Assembly: GCA_963780185.1 (NCBI GenBank)
Contig: CAWABA010000006.1
Span: 224,001-288,000, forward strand
DNA: 64,000 nucleotides
Direction: 5' to 3'
Source of the DNA: Candidatus Bathyarchaeota archaeon
GTDB lineage: Archaea; Thermoproteota; Bathyarchaeia; Bathyarchaeales; Bathycorpusculaceae
The position numbers and the translations under genes were made by a program. A model generated the notes under the pieces. That model ran no database searches and was not told the DNA's origin. It saw only the letters and a list, made by a program, of their open reading frames with translations. Numbering within the stretch: the first letter of the stretch is position 1; each line of letters opens with the position of its first letter. Shown here in pieces: positions 39,593-50,308 of the stretch.

Positions 39593-41035
39593 TTAGGTTT
39601 TATTTGACTCGCTTTGCAGCCAATCTTTTATGAGCATAGTCGCCACGCAGTCGTCTCTGTTGTAGTCGATTACTTTTTCCATTTTTTCCCTGTTCGCCGC
39701 GGGGTCTTTGACGTACTCAAAATACATAGCTATTGACTCCATGGCGTTTACGTCGGCATGTTTCCATTTGTAGCCGATGTAGGCGGCGATTTCTTTTAAG
39801 CCATTTCCGTAGGTTGGGAAGGCGAAGTTTGCGACTGCGTCCTTGTAGAGGTCTCGCATGCTGCCCAGAATCGGTTCCGCCTCCTTTGCGAAAACTCGTA
39901 TCGGTCAATTAGCCGTTGGATGTGGACTCTTTCGTAATTATGCCAATGATATATCACGTAATCGTTTTGTGCGAGAACCCACTTTAGGAATTTGGAAAAC
40001 ATTTCTTTTTCCTGATTCAGACTGTGCGCAACGAAAGGAATGTATTTTTCTTCTCCATGGGACCTGATCAACAGCCCAATCAGGTAATCCATCGCCACCA
40101 AACCCTCCTCTTGAACTTGCTCGCCTGTTCCCTCAAGATCAAGGAAAAGCTCCATCTTCTTTTCGGGAAATTTGCAGCATCCAAGCCTAATGTGGTTTCC
40201 TGAAGCAAGAGCTGCCGCGTTATTATGGAATTTAGTTGCCGTTTTTTCCCCGATTCCTTCGATTTCCGTAAGATTTTGAACTCCCGTTTTCGCCAAGTTT
40301 TCGACAGTGTGGATGTTGCGGGCGATTAAGTCTCCTTTTATAAGACTGCCCAACACCGCTGACTAGGGAAACATCCCGTGTCTTGACGGCTTCTTCGTTG
40401 TTGTAGGTTTCCCATGGCCAAACGCAGGCGCCATAAGTTGGAGCCACCTTTTTGCCTCTCAAAATTTCCCTGATATCCTGCATCGTTGCGAGCAGTTCGG
40501 TTTCGTCGAATTTTTGTTCGGTTTCTTCAAGGTCGCGGTTGATTAGGTAAAATGATGGTGGGGTGAAGCCTTGGATTTTTCCGATGACGTAGTTGTAAAA
40601 GGCTGCTTGCAGGATGTGTTCTTGTCGAATGTTTCTTGCAAGCTTGATTTCTTTTACAATGTAGTAGTAGTTGCCGAAGACGGATTTTTGTCCCTGCCTC
40701 TTCTCCAAAACGTCAACAACGCCGTACAATCCTTCAGGCAAATAGAAAACAGGCATGCCAGTTGCCGCGGCGGCGCCTTTTGCCATTGCCTCTAAAAGCA
40801 TATTAAAGCCTTCTTCAAGGGTCACGTATTTGAGGGGTTTTAGGTTGGGATAGTTGTTTTCGATGACTTGTTTTTCATGGGCTTTGCCTTGTTCAAAAAG
40901 CAGGTTGGTGTATGCGTTTTGGGGGTCTTTTTTCTCTTGGGGCGCAAATTTGTTGCAGTAAACCATGAAAGGCGAGACGCAGTAGTTGAAGACGGTTCTG
41001 GCAGTGATTTTTTTCTGGGGTTTCCAGAGAGGCAT
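39593..41035 (-). pseudogene. TM0106-family RecB-like nuclease with HhH and RNase H-like C-terminus, two frameshifts (~40328, ~39886) as assembled
   Basis: GVVD..EIK..Q..FY, IEGIGEKTA HhH, FLDLE, YHW..YE, GLKEIA..G..W, YNRDDC. Confidence 0.78.
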
Positions 41036-41586
41036 TTCGCGTAAAGCTCCCCGATGTCAACCGGTTTTTTTGCCACGCTCTTCCCATGCCTCCCCATGGA
41101 CTTGTTAGGAGTAGATTACCTATAAGTTTTGTTCCCGTTTGCATGTGACTGGGCAGTTTGGGCTGAATTTGTTGCCTTCAAAAGAGCGACGCATTTAGTT
41201 CGGTTCGGCGACAATTGCCAAGGAGATAGTCCCGAATCCGATGAGGCATTAATTTGTGGTGAAAACGCGCTAAACGGTTACTGTCTCAATATTTCGTTGT
41301 CGAATATGCAAGAAGCATCGGCGGTGGTTGATGTTTCACTAAGAAATTTGCTTGGTTTTTTTGCGGGTTGGTGCAGCATTCGCTGTGTTGATCGGTGGCT
41401 TTTACGGATGTTCGAAGCTCGAAGAGGCGCCCACCGTGGGTGCAAACCAAGTTGATTGAACTTTTTGAGCGGGATAACCGGGTTTTCGGGGTGTTCGAGG
41501 TTTCGAAGAGCCCCTTTTGTGGTCAAAGGTGTGGCTGCTCCGTCTTGAGTGAAGTGTTTATTTAGCGCTGGGAACATTAGTTATAT

Positions 41587-41880
41587 GTGGTTCTTGTGAG
41601 TGACTTTTTTTATTACAAGGGATTGTACAAGGTTAAGGCTATAACAAAAAGTGAAGGTTACTGGATTGTTGAAGCCTTAGAGGATTTTGATGATTTCGTT
41701 GACTCCGAAAAGGTTTTGGTTAAAGCAGGCGAAAGACGCATCGTGATGGCAACCGAGTTGCACAGCAAAAAGACTTTGCCTCCGCCGATACCTGAACACC
41801 TCTATGAGCGTCGGCTTGAAAAGAAAGTTAAACGCATGGTTGAAGAATACGACAACACCCACAGAGAATTAACAATATAG
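41587..41880 (+). CDS. Hypothetical protein
   Basis: 97 aa ORF, globular composition, TATA-like tract upstream. Confidence 0.6.
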   Translation: MVLVSDFFYYKGLYKVKAITKSEGYWIVEALEDFDDFVDSEKVLVKAGERRIVMATELHSKKTLPPPIPEHLYERRLEKKVKRMVEEYDNTHRELTI

Positions 41881-41903
41881 TCTGTACCTCGAACTCTTTT
41901 TTT

Positions 41904-42168
41904 CTATTTGGATATTTTTGTCGGCAAACAGATGGCTTCATGGCAGCGTTTTCCCCTGTTTGCGTTTACAATACGGGGCGTTTCCAATAAGAAGGAAAAT
42001 ACTCCTTCGTCAACAACAACTTTTATCTGGGCTAGGTCTTTGGGTTTGCGGAAAACAATTGTGTCATCATCTTCATCATCAACAACTTCGCAGACCTTTT
42101 GCCCTTGAGTTATCGCCAGTTTTTATTTTTTCGTACCCGCTACCCCTACGGTTTTCTAGAGGATCCAA
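41904..42168 (-). CDS. Hypothetical protein with one extra base in a homopolymer (~42122)
   Basis: MDPLENRRGSGYEKIK|LAITQGQKVCEVVDDEDDDTIVFRKP...PTKISK*. Confidence 0.4.
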
Positions 42169-42424
42169 ATAGGTACATCTATAGGAGCCAAATAGACACA
42201 AAAGGAACCCACGAGCCCGTTTGTGTTTGAATGCAATATCTACCTCCCGGTCTACTATATGCTTCTGATACGCCCCAAATATGAAACAACATACTTCAAC
42301 ATACAGTCGACACCTGCACTTTTCTATGTGGAATTAACTTTTTTCAACATGCAACTATTTGCAGAGTTGACAGTTTAGACTTACTAATTCATCGCGAAAA
42401 AACAGTTGTGCAAACAGATTTTAG

Positions 42425-42937
42425 CTAATCTTGCCGTTTTCGGCGTGGTTTTTGGGGTCTCGCATTTAGTTTGCTGCTTATGATGCTGAGCAATTTATCG
42501 GGGGCGACGGGTTTCTCAATAAAAACGTCGGCGCCTTCAATACTATCTCGCAACTCTTTGTTGCCTGTAAGCATAATCTTCACTGTTTCTGGTGAAATGT
42601 TGTTTATGAATGGAAAAAGCTTGTCGCCTTCCATGTCGGGGAGCGCTAAATCAATTAATGCAACGTCGTATTTGTTGGCGCTTAGTTTTTCTATGGCTTC
42701 GGTTCCTTTTTCGGCAACTGTAACAATGTAGCCTTTGTTTTGGAAAATTCTGCGTAAAACATGTAAAATTGCCACGTCATCATCAACAATCAGAATGGAT
42801 GCTTTGCTAGAAACAAACGTGAAAAACACCCTAAAAGTTAGGGTCTCGGCCTTACTAATAAGGCTTACGCAAGCGCTAAGCACGAGGCTCAACCTTAACA
42901 AAAACCGCAGTATCTTGACTAATCTTTGACAAACCAA
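42425..42937 (-). CDS. Stand-alone response regulator receiver (true start probably ~42830)
   Basis: ILIVDDD, LIDLALPD, MLTG, EKP. Confidence 0.88.
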   Translation of the reverse strand: MVCQRLVKILRFLLRLSLVLSACVSLISKAETLTFRVFFTFVSSKASILIVDDDVAILHVLRRIFQNKGYIVTVAEKGTEAIEKLSANKYDVALIDLALPDMEGDKLFPFINNISPETVKIMLTGNKELRDSIEGADVFIEKPVAPDKLLSIISSKLNARPQKPRRKRQD

Positions 42938-42945
42938 TTAGTCAA
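42915..42945. promoter_or_regulatory. TTGACTAAT-N13-ATTAGTCAA inverted repeat upstream of TATA box
   Basis: Perfect 9-bp arms plus internal TTGACAAA; CTTAAA at 42951. Confidence 0.55.
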
Positions 42946-42998
42946 ATAATCTTAAATCCTGCCATCACAAACTGAATCGCAAGCATAAAAGCGGTGGA

Positions 42999-43790
42999 TT
43001 GATGGGCGTAGATTTCGAATCCTTTCAAGATGTTCTCAAACATCCAATCCGCAAAAAAATCATCTTGGCGTTAGGCGAAAATCAGCCTCTTTCTTATATG
43101 GATTTGATGCGAATCGTAGACGCCAGGAATACGGGCAAGTTCAATTACCACCTTAAAGTCCTCGCTGACCTCATAGAAAAAGACCAAAACGGCAAATACC
43201 AGTTAACAGAAAAGGGACGTTTGGCAGCACAGTTTCTGCAGACGTTCAAGGAAAAAACCCTGGAACCCACACCGCTGAAGATGGCGGACGCAACGCTCAT
43301 TGGGTTTGCGGGTTTTGTTGTGACATTGATTAACCCGTTTTTGTGGATTTTCATTTTTTTCGCCGAGGACAAATCCCAGTCGATTCCTTTGTTTGAGTCT
43401 CTGGTGGCTTTGAGCATAGTTTTCATGTGGATTGTGCCGGGTGCGTTAATGTGGCGTCTAACAGTGAAGCGGTCGCATTCGCACGACGCTTATGACTTGT
43501 TCAAGTCTCCTTTTCTTGCGATGGTAATGCTGATTCTGCTGCTTGTAACGATGGTTGTTCTTAACGTAAATATCGGGGCAACCGCGCAAGTTCAAATTGG
43601 GCACGTAATAAAATCAGGAACCACCACCCTTCCAAATGGCGGAACAGCCAGCTGGGGAGAAAACGATTATACTTCACTTGGGTTGAACCTATACATTTTT
43701 GTCGGTGAAGGATTAATTTTTTCTTTTGTCGGTGCGGCTCTTTCAGAGTTGGCTAGTCGAATCAGGAAAAGAATTGCATTTAAACGCTGA
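42999..43790 (+). CDS. ArsR-type winged-helix regulator fused to about 4 TM helices
   Basis: LKHPIRKKII, GKFNYHLKVL, YQLTEKG followed by hydrophobic segments. Confidence 0.82.
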   Translation: MMGVDFESFQDVLKHPIRKKIILALGENQPLSYMDLMRIVDARNTGKFNYHLKVLADLIEKDQNGKYQLTEKGRLAAQFLQTFKEKTLEPTPLKMADATLIGFAGFVVTLINPFLWIFIFFAEDKSQSIPLFESLVALSIVFMWIVPGALMWRLTVKRSHSHDAYDLFKSPFLAMVMLILLLVTMVVLNVNIGATAQVQIGHVIKSGTTTLPNGGTASWGENDYTSLGLNLYIFVGEGLIFSFVGAALSELASRIRKRIAFKR

Positions 43791-43872
43791 ACACACTTGG
43801 TGAAAGCAGAAAGGAAATTGCCCACTCTATTTTTTTACATTTTTGTCGCGAATAAAGTTTACGGGCTTTGAT

Positions 43873-46800
43873 TTATGGACTGTTGTTTGCTTCCAGAGGC
43901 AAATCTATGGTGAATTTTGTTCCGTTTCCTTCTTGGCTTACAAAGCTGACTTTGCCGTTTAATCCTTCAACGAGGCGTTTAACAACAGCTAAACCTAAGC
44001 CTTGACCTTTCGATTTAGTGGTGAACAGAGGCTTAAACAAGTTAGGCTTGACTTCTTCAGGAATCCCCACGCCCGTGTCTTCAACACTTATAGATAATCT
44101 GTCACTATTTGCAACTGCTTTAATCGTCAGTGTGCCGCCGTTCGGCATGGCTTGCATTGCGTTAACGATGAGGTTGGTTAAGACTCGTTTCACATACGAG
44201 GAGTCAGCTTTGAGAACCAAGTTTTCGTCAATATTTATTTGTGTCAATATGTTTTTCGGAATGTTTGTTTTTGCAAGTATGATTTTGATTAGTTCGCTAA
44301 AGTTGATTTCTTGAATGGTTGGTCTTATTGGTCTCGTATAATCTTGTAAGTCGCTGACTATCTTGTCAATATAAACGATGTTTTGCCCAATTGACTCAAG
44401 GCTTTCTTCCATAGCCTCCCTGCTTTTGCCCTGAGGCATGGCTTTTAACTCATCATTTATCAAGTACAAGTCGCTCGTAATGGCCTGCAAGGGGTTACGG
44501 ATATCGTGACCGACCATTCCCGCTGTCTCACCGATGTTGGCCAGACGCTGGTATCTTCTTAGGTCGTCTATGTCTAGGAAGGATATGATGGCGCCAGAGA
44601 TCCTATCATCCTGTGTGATGTAGGGTCGTATGCGCATGTCGTAAAAGCGGCCTTTTGCATCACGGACTTCTTTGGTAACTGGGTGAAGTTTGGATATCAC
44701 TTCTGAGATTTCTTTCTCCAGGTTTTCAATGTTTATTCCCAGCTTGATATTTGGCAGGGGCAGCCCGATTTCGGATGCCGAGACGTTCAGAATAGTCTGT
44801 GCTGAAGGCGAGAACAATCTAATCCTTAAGTTTTTGTCAACCATTATGACGGCGGGGTCCACGTTTCTGTTTAAATTTGCCAGGTCATCGTTTACTTCTG
44901 CGAGTGTTTGGTTTCGGTTCTTCAGCTCGTCATTTAACGTTTTTAGTTCCTCGTTGCTTGACTGAAGCTCTTCCTTCGCCGTTTCCAACTCTTCGTTTGT
45001 GCTCTGCAGCTCCTCGTTGCTTGACTGCGCTTCCTCCATTGTAGTTCTCAACTCTTCGTTTGTCGCCTCCTGAGTTTCAATAATTCTTTGCAACGTCTGC
45101 TTTGTCGAATCTAATTCTTCTCTGAGCTCTCGATTTTGGCGTTCTTTGGCGGTTTCTTGACCTTCAGAAATATAGGATGATTCCATCGTTTGACGAAGAA
45201 ACTTCGCTGCTGAACTGACATCTTCAAAAAGCAGCAGGAAAAAAGGTTCATCATACTGCGGCGCACGAAGCGGAACTACCTGAATATTGATTGTTTTCCG
45301 TTCTCCAGCATAGTCAAACTGCACCGCATTTTCCTTGACAGGTTTGTTTTCTTTTCTTGCCCGGTAAATAACCGACGTTATCTCGGGTCTCAACTCTTTG
45401 CGAATGATCTTAGTCAAGTTTAAACTTGCTAATCCCGATTCAGGGGAAATGTAGTGTGAAACGTTTCCTCGGAAAACCAGAACATCCAAATCGTTGTTGA
45501 CAAGCAAGGAGGCGGGGACGTATTCGGTGATTAGTAAACGATCAACTTCGTCGCGTAACACCGAAAGCGCGTCTTTCTTCTCGACGCTTTTCTCGCTTTT
45601 AAGGCTTGAAAAAGAAGCTGAGGTTTGCAAGCCGAAGGGAATGCTGGGTTGGGCTCGTTTCTTAATGTAAATAACGCCTCGTTTATTCACCGAGTCAAAG
45701 AGGCTGGTGAATTGTCCGATGCTTTCGGATGCTCCGAGGACAAGGAATCCGCCAAGCTTCAGAGCGTAATGCAGGGTATGGATTATTCTTTCGTGGAGAT
45801 ACTCGTCGAAGTATATGAGCATGTTGCGGCAGCTGGCAAGGTCCAAGTTGGAGAATGGCGGGTCTGCTGTTATGTCTTGCTTGGCAAAAACGCACATGTC
45901 ACGGATAGGTTTGGCAATTTGAAAGTACCCGTTATTGACGATGAAGAACCGTCTCAGCCGATTTTCGCCCACGTCGTTTTCGATGGTTTTCGGGTAGATA
46001 CCTTGCCGCGCCTTCTCCACGTTTCTTTCGTTAACGTCTGTACCGAAAATTTGAACCTGAAAATTCAGTGAATTTTCATCTAAGTATTCTTGAATTGCTA
46101 TGGCGAATGAGTAGGCTTCTTCGCCGGTTGAGCAGCCTGGAACCCAAACCCTAATAGGATCTTTAGAAGAACGTTTCTTCAAAAGCTCAGGAAAAACGTT
46201 TTCCTTCAAGACTGCAAAAGTCTCTGGTTCCCTAAAGAAACTAGTGACGCCGATTAACATGTCGTTAAATAATGCTTCCAACTCGTTCGGGTGATTCCTC
46301 AAAAACTCCACGTAATCCGCCATTTTCTCCATGTTGTTAATTACCATTCGACGGTTGACACGCCGATTCACAACTGTTTCCTTGTAATGCGAGAAATCAA
46401 CGTTAAACGCGGCTTTTAGCATGGAAAAAACTGCGGCTAAACCTGTTTCTTTCTTTGTAGCGGCACCTTTTGTTTCCGCCCCTTCTTTCGCTTCAATTTC
46501 CGTGAGCACAAGCTGCGGGTTCTTAGAGATTATTGGCAGTTTCTCAGCAATTTTGTCAGGAGGCAAAACGAAATCCGCCGCATCCGCTGAAATGGCGCTC
46601 TGAGGCATAGCTGGGTACTGAGCGGACTCTGGACTTTGCGCAAAAGTGATTCCTCCAAACGCTTTGATGGCTTTTAACCCCTCGGTTCCGTCGGAACCTG
46701 TTCCTGAAAGGATGATTCCGATGCTTCGAGTTTTCAAGTCTTCAGCAAGAGAAGCAAAAAAGGCGTCTATCGGCTTTGTCGTCTTGCCTTTTAGGTTGAG

Positions 46801-47055
46801 CTTAAGGATCTTGTTGCCCATGGTCATGGTTGTTCCCGGGGGAATCACATAAACATGGTTTGGTTTGGGCTGTGTTTTGTCTTCTACTGTTTGAACAGGC
46901 ATGGTGGTGAATCTTGCAAGAATTTCTGTTAACATGCTTTCTTGGCCAGCAGCCAGATGCTGGATGATAACGAAAGATAAGCCTGTGTCGGCAGGCAAGC
47001 ATTCGAGTAATGCTTTGAACGCTTCTAATCCGCCTGCGGAGGCACCGATCCCCAC
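43873..47055 (-). CDS. CheB-CheR-coiled coil-PAS-histidine kinase fusion
   Basis: GASAGG, IQHL, GSDG (CheB); VTSFFR, GCSTGEEAYS, CRNMLIY (CheR); EELQS repeats; HDIRNPL, N, G and F boxes; frame open upstream to ~47139. Confidence 0.92.
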   Translation of the reverse strand: MGIGASAGGLEAFKALLECLPADTGLSFVIIQHLAAGQESMLTEILARFTTMPVQTVEDKTQPKPNHVYVIPPGTTMTMGNKILKLNLKGKTTKPIDAFFASLAEDLKTRSIGIILSGTGSDGTEGLKAIKAFGGITFAQSPESAQYPAMPQSAISADAADFVLPPDKIAEKLPIISKNPQLVLTEIEAKEGAETKGAATKKETGLAAVFSMLKAAFNVDFSHYKETVVNRRVNRRMVINNMEKMADYVEFLRNHPNELEALFNDMLIGVTSFFREPETFAVLKENVFPELLKKRSSKDPIRVWVPGCSTGEEAYSFAIAIQEYLDENSLNFQVQIFGTDVNERNVEKARQGIYPKTIENDVGENRLRRFFIVNNGYFQIAKPIRDMCVFAKQDITADPPFSNLDLASCRNMLIYFDEYLHERIIHTLHYALKLGGFLVLGASESIGQFTSLFDSVNKRGVIYIKKRAQPSIPFGLQTSASFSSLKSEKSVEKKDALSVLRDEVDRLLITEYVPASLLVNNDLDVLVFRGNVSHYISPESGLASLNLTKIIRKELRPEITSVIYRARKENKPVKENAVQFDYAGERKTINIQVVPLRAPQYDEPFFLLLFEDVSSAAKFLRQTMESSYISEGQETAKERQNRELREELDSTKQTLQRIIETQEATNEELRTTMEEAQSSNEELQSTNEELETAKEELQSSNEELKTLNDELKNRNQTLAEVNDDLANLNRNVDPAVIMVDKNLRIRLFSPSAQTILNVSASEIGLPLPNIKLGINIENLEKEISEVISKLHPVTKEVRDAKGRFYDMRIRPYITQDDRISGAIISFLDIDDLRRYQRLANIGETAGMVGHDIRNPLQAITSDLYLINDELKAMPQGKSREAMEESLESIGQNIVYIDKIVSDLQDYTRPIRPTIQEINFSELIKIILAKTNIPKNILTQINIDENLVLKADSSYVKRVLTNLIVNAMQAMPNGGTLTIKAVANSDRLSISVEDTGVGIPEEVKPNLFKPLFTTKSKGQGLGLAVVKRLVEGLNGKVSFVSQEGNGTKFTIDLPLEANNSP

Positions 47056-47380
47056 GGTTACAACTGATTTTCCAACTTTGGATGGTGAAGAAGTGCTTTT
47101 CTTCAGGTTCTTGCTTTCTTTAGATATTTTCGTTAATATTCAACTCCAAAAAAGGCAAAGTGATTAACTTTTATTGCACCCTGTTACTTCTCAGGCTATT
47201 TCTTAGTGCGTTCAGCATATTAATTTATTCTTTTAAAAATATGAAAAGAGCTGAACAAAATCTTCATCAACTCACCCATTGCGTTTTTCTCATAAAGCCT
47301 AATGGCTCTCCAGAGAAACTGGAGTTCAAAGCTTAAATGGCACATTCTGCATTTTCACTTTCCCAAGAAGGCAACAAGAA

Positions 47381-48265
47381 TTGGTTAACGAGAAAATATG
47401 CGAGGGAGACTACGTTCTCATTTACTTGGATGCACGCAGAACCTACATGATTAGGATGCAGGCTGGGCAAACGTTTCACACCCACAAAGGCTACCTCAAG
47501 CTTGACGAGTTAATCGGGAAAGAATACGGCGAGCCAATCAAAAGCAGCCTAGGCATCTACTTCACCACACTAAAGCCAGCGTTGACGGATTACATTATGA
47601 AGTCTTCACGCAACACGCAGATCATCTACCCCAAAGACGCCGCCTTAATTGTAATGTTCAGCGGGATCGGACCCGGAAGCCGCGTCGTCGAATCAGGAAC
47701 GGGAACAGGCTCCTTAACCACAGCGCTTGCCCACTACGTTGGTCCAACAGGCAAAGTCTACACTTACGAGTTGCGCAACGAATTCCAGAAGAACGCAGCA
47801 AAAAACCTCGAACGCTCAAAACTCATCAGCCACGTCGAAATGAAAAGCGGCGACGTAACCCTGGGCATCGAGGAACGGGAAGTAGACGCGGTGATTTTGG
47901 ATTTAGCGGTTCCATGGCTCGTTGTCCCCCACGCGTACGAAGCCCTGAGACCGTCAGGCATACTTGTTTCCTTCAGCCCAACAATTGACCAAGTCGTCAA
48001 AACAACTGAGGCGCTAAAAGAGAACGGGTTTGTTTTCATCGAAACCGTAGAATGCCTGATGCGGGCCATGCAGGTTGAACGAGGAAAAACCCGACCTCAA
48101 ACACTCATGACTGGACACACAGGCTACATAACCCACGCGCGGAAAATCCTTAAAATGCCAACTCAACCAGCCTTAGAGCAGCCTCAAAGCGAAGCGGAGA
48201 AGCAGGAGCCAACCGCGGAGGCAGAAGAGCCGCCTATGATTAACTTGAGCTTTTCTTACCCTTAG
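47381..48265 (+). CDS. trmI: tRNA (adenine-N1)-methyltransferase
   Basis: TQIIYPKD, ESGTGTGSLT, LDLAVPW, FSPTIDQV, TRP..GHTGY. Confidence 0.95.
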   Translation: MVNEKICEGDYVLIYLDARRTYMIRMQAGQTFHTHKGYLKLDELIGKEYGEPIKSSLGIYFTTLKPALTDYIMKSSRNTQIIYPKDAALIVMFSGIGPGSRVVESGTGTGSLTTALAHYVGPTGKVYTYELRNEFQKNAAKNLERSKLISHVEMKSGDVTLGIEEREVDAVILDLAVPWLVVPHAYEALRPSGILVSFSPTIDQVVKTTEALKENGFVFIETVECLMRAMQVERGKTRPQTLMTGHTGYITHARKILKMPTQPALEQPQSEAEKQEPTAEAEEPPMINLSFSYP

Positions 48266-49889
48266 GTCCTCTGACTGTGGCTGACTCATACATGCTAAGC
48301 GTCCACAGCGCTTGTTTTAGTTGTTCGCCTCTTGTTAAGCCAAAGTAGAAGCCTGCGATTCTTCCAGCGTACGGGATGATAATGTGGTCAACCGCTTTGT
48401 AAAGGAATGGGTTTCGGATGCGGTTTTCGAGGAAGGTTGGTTTCCAAATTTTAACGTTGTATTCCCAGCATTTGATGAAGAAGTCCCATCGTACCTGCGA
48501 GAGCGAGTCAAGCTCTGCGCCTTTCTTGTTCATCAGCACGCAGTTCTCCAGCGGAACGAAGAATAGGGGCACGTAAAACGCGTTGTAATCCTTGAGTTTA
48601 TCCATCAACTCAAGCGTCTGCAGGACATCTTCTTCTTTCTCGTCGGGCAAACCAATAATCAAAGTTGCAAGCGGATACCAATTATTATCGTTCAAGATGC
48701 CGAAAGCGCCCTCAACAATCTCCTGCCACTGCTCAGGCTTGTACGGCAACATTTTGCCACCCATGTACTTTTTCATTAACCTTGGGCTGCCGGTCTCAAT
48801 CCCGGTTTCAGCGGTGATAATTGCTTTTTTGCCAAACGAGTACCAGCTACGGTCAATCAATATCTCGGCAAGTTCCTTAATCATCTGCGGGTTATTGACC
48901 GCTGGCGCCAGAGACATGTGGGATGCCTGAATGCTTTTGACGCCTGGGTATTTGGCAACGTTTTTAACCAGGTTTACTACGGCGTCTTTGTTTGGCACAA
49001 AACTTTTGTCTGCGCCGTAAAGGAACAGGTCTTCGGTGACGAGGGTTATGTGGTTGCTGCCTTCAGCCGTGGTCAGGGCGACTTCATGCATGATTTTTTC
49101 AAGCGGCACATCAATCTTGTGCTGCATAGTGGGCGTACAGAACTGGCAGTTTCTTCCACAACCTTTTGAAATTTCTACGGCGCCATGGATACCTGCATGT
49201 TTAGTTAACGGCATGATGGCGTTGTAGTCCCAGTTGCTGATTGATTCGTCAGCTTTTACGATGCGTGGAAGAGGCTGGTCGTTTACTGCCTTCTTGAAAA
49301 TGTCAAGGATCGGTTCGGGTCTTCCGCCGAGAAGCACGCAGTCAACACCGTAGCTGTCCATTACATGTTTGCGTTCCAGCTGCCAAGCGCCAAAGCCGCC
49401 GACGATTATTTTCGGCTTGTACTTTTTGATGCTGGGGTGTGTTACGAGTTTTTGGAATTCAACGGCGTTCATGGGTTCGCCGCCGCCGATTACTGACGAG
49501 TAGGTTTTGCTTACGTAGCCCATGCCTGTGGGATCCATCGAGGATATGCCGACAACTTTGGTTTCTGGGCCGACAAAGTCTTCTAAATCGTCAGGGTGAA
49601 CTACACATACCTCTTTAGCTGTGAACCCGCTTTCCAAAAGGATAGCTTCAACTTTTCTTAAGCCGTAAGGCGCGAATCTTGCCCTGCCGTCTGGTCTGCG
49701 GTCAACTGGAGGATACAAGGTTTTTCTGACAAGTGAGAGCGGGAATGGACCTCTTGCGAAGCCTGCGGTGAACGCTATAAATGGATTATTGTAGAAGTCG
49801 CTCATTTCTGTAGACGACGCCGTAAGAACAATTTTTACCCCTGAACCTGAAGCCAACACTCTCTCTCCTAACCGAATAGCATACAACAA
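48240..49889 (-). CDS. B12-binding radical SAM protein
   Basis: APYGLRKVEA, VGISSMDP, KGCGRNCQFC (CxxxCxxC), GIETGS. Confidence 0.88.
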   Translation of the reverse strand: MLYAIRLGERVLASGSGVKIVLTASSTEMSDFYNNPFIAFTAGFARGPFPLSLVRKTLYPPVDRRPDGRARFAPYGLRKVEAILLESGFTAKEVCVVHPDDLEDFVGPETKVVGISSMDPTGMGYVSKTYSSVIGGGEPMNAVEFQKLVTHPSIKKYKPKIIVGGFGAWQLERKHVMDSYGVDCVLLGGRPEPILDIFKKAVNDQPLPRIVKADESISNWDYNAIMPLTKHAGIHGAVEISKGCGRNCQFCTPTMQHKIDVPLEKIMHEVALTTAEGSNHITLVTEDLFLYGADKSFVPNKDAVVNLVKNVAKYPGVKSIQASHMSLAPAVNNPQMIKELAEILIDRSWYSFGKKAIITAETGIETGSPRLMKKYMGGKMLPYKPEQWQEIVEGAFGILNDNNWYPLATLIIGLPDEKEEDVLQTLELMDKLKDYNAFYVPLFFVPLENCVLMNKKGAELDSLSQVRWDFFIKCWEYNVKIWKPTFLENRIRNPFLYKAVDHIIIPYAGRIAGFYFGLTRGEQLKQALWTLSMYESATVRGPKGKKSSS

Positions 49890-50077
49890 TAGCCCATAGC
49901 CCTTAAAAGAATTACTATCGATTATGCGCTAAACCCCTTAGACTGAAGCGAAAAGCGACGCAGGGTAGACGCTCTAAACTGAAAGTGCTTTTTGCGGCTT
50001 TTTTCGGTTTCTACGTTAGTTTGCGCAAGACTTAAAGCCCTATACATGCAAAAGTTGGAAGCAAGGCGTCTCTCGCT

Positions 50078-50308
50078 ATGGGCAAATACAGTTGGAAACA
50101 GAACTCAAACGTATTCTTTGCTTTAGTTGTAGCGTCGGTTATTCTTTGCGCTTTTTTTTAATCTGCGGCCATGACGGTTGTTGTGGGTGCGCAGCCTCTG
50201 GGTTTAGCGGTAATGAAGTCAGCTCCATTTGCCTTTTTGATTTTCGGCATAGCAGCCGTCATAACTATGGCTGTCTTGGTGTCATACTACTTCAGACGAA
50301 ACCGCTGA
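50078..50308 (+). pseudogene. Small two-TM membrane protein with an in-frame TAA at a T-run boundary (~50159)
   Basis: MGKYSWKQNSNVFFALVVASVILCAFF*SAAMTVVVG...LVSYYFRRNR*. Confidence 0.45.

Noticed and set aside
41129-41577. Overlapping ORFs 41129-41455 and 41278-41577
   Set aside because: No recognisable motifs or coding-like composition
42838-42893. Possible three-way junction RNA
   Set aside because: Includes the likely TATA box (CCTTATTAG) of the receiver gene, and the outer stem pairs poorly on the transcribed strand
47308-47324. CTCCAG-N5-CTGGAG palindrome upstream of the trmI TATA box
   Set aside because: Single 6-bp arm repeat with no second instance; chance cannot be excluded
50159-50161. 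In-frame stop as possible recoding
   Set aside because: It is TAA at a homopolymer edge, not TGA/TAG; long conserved genes show no internal stops
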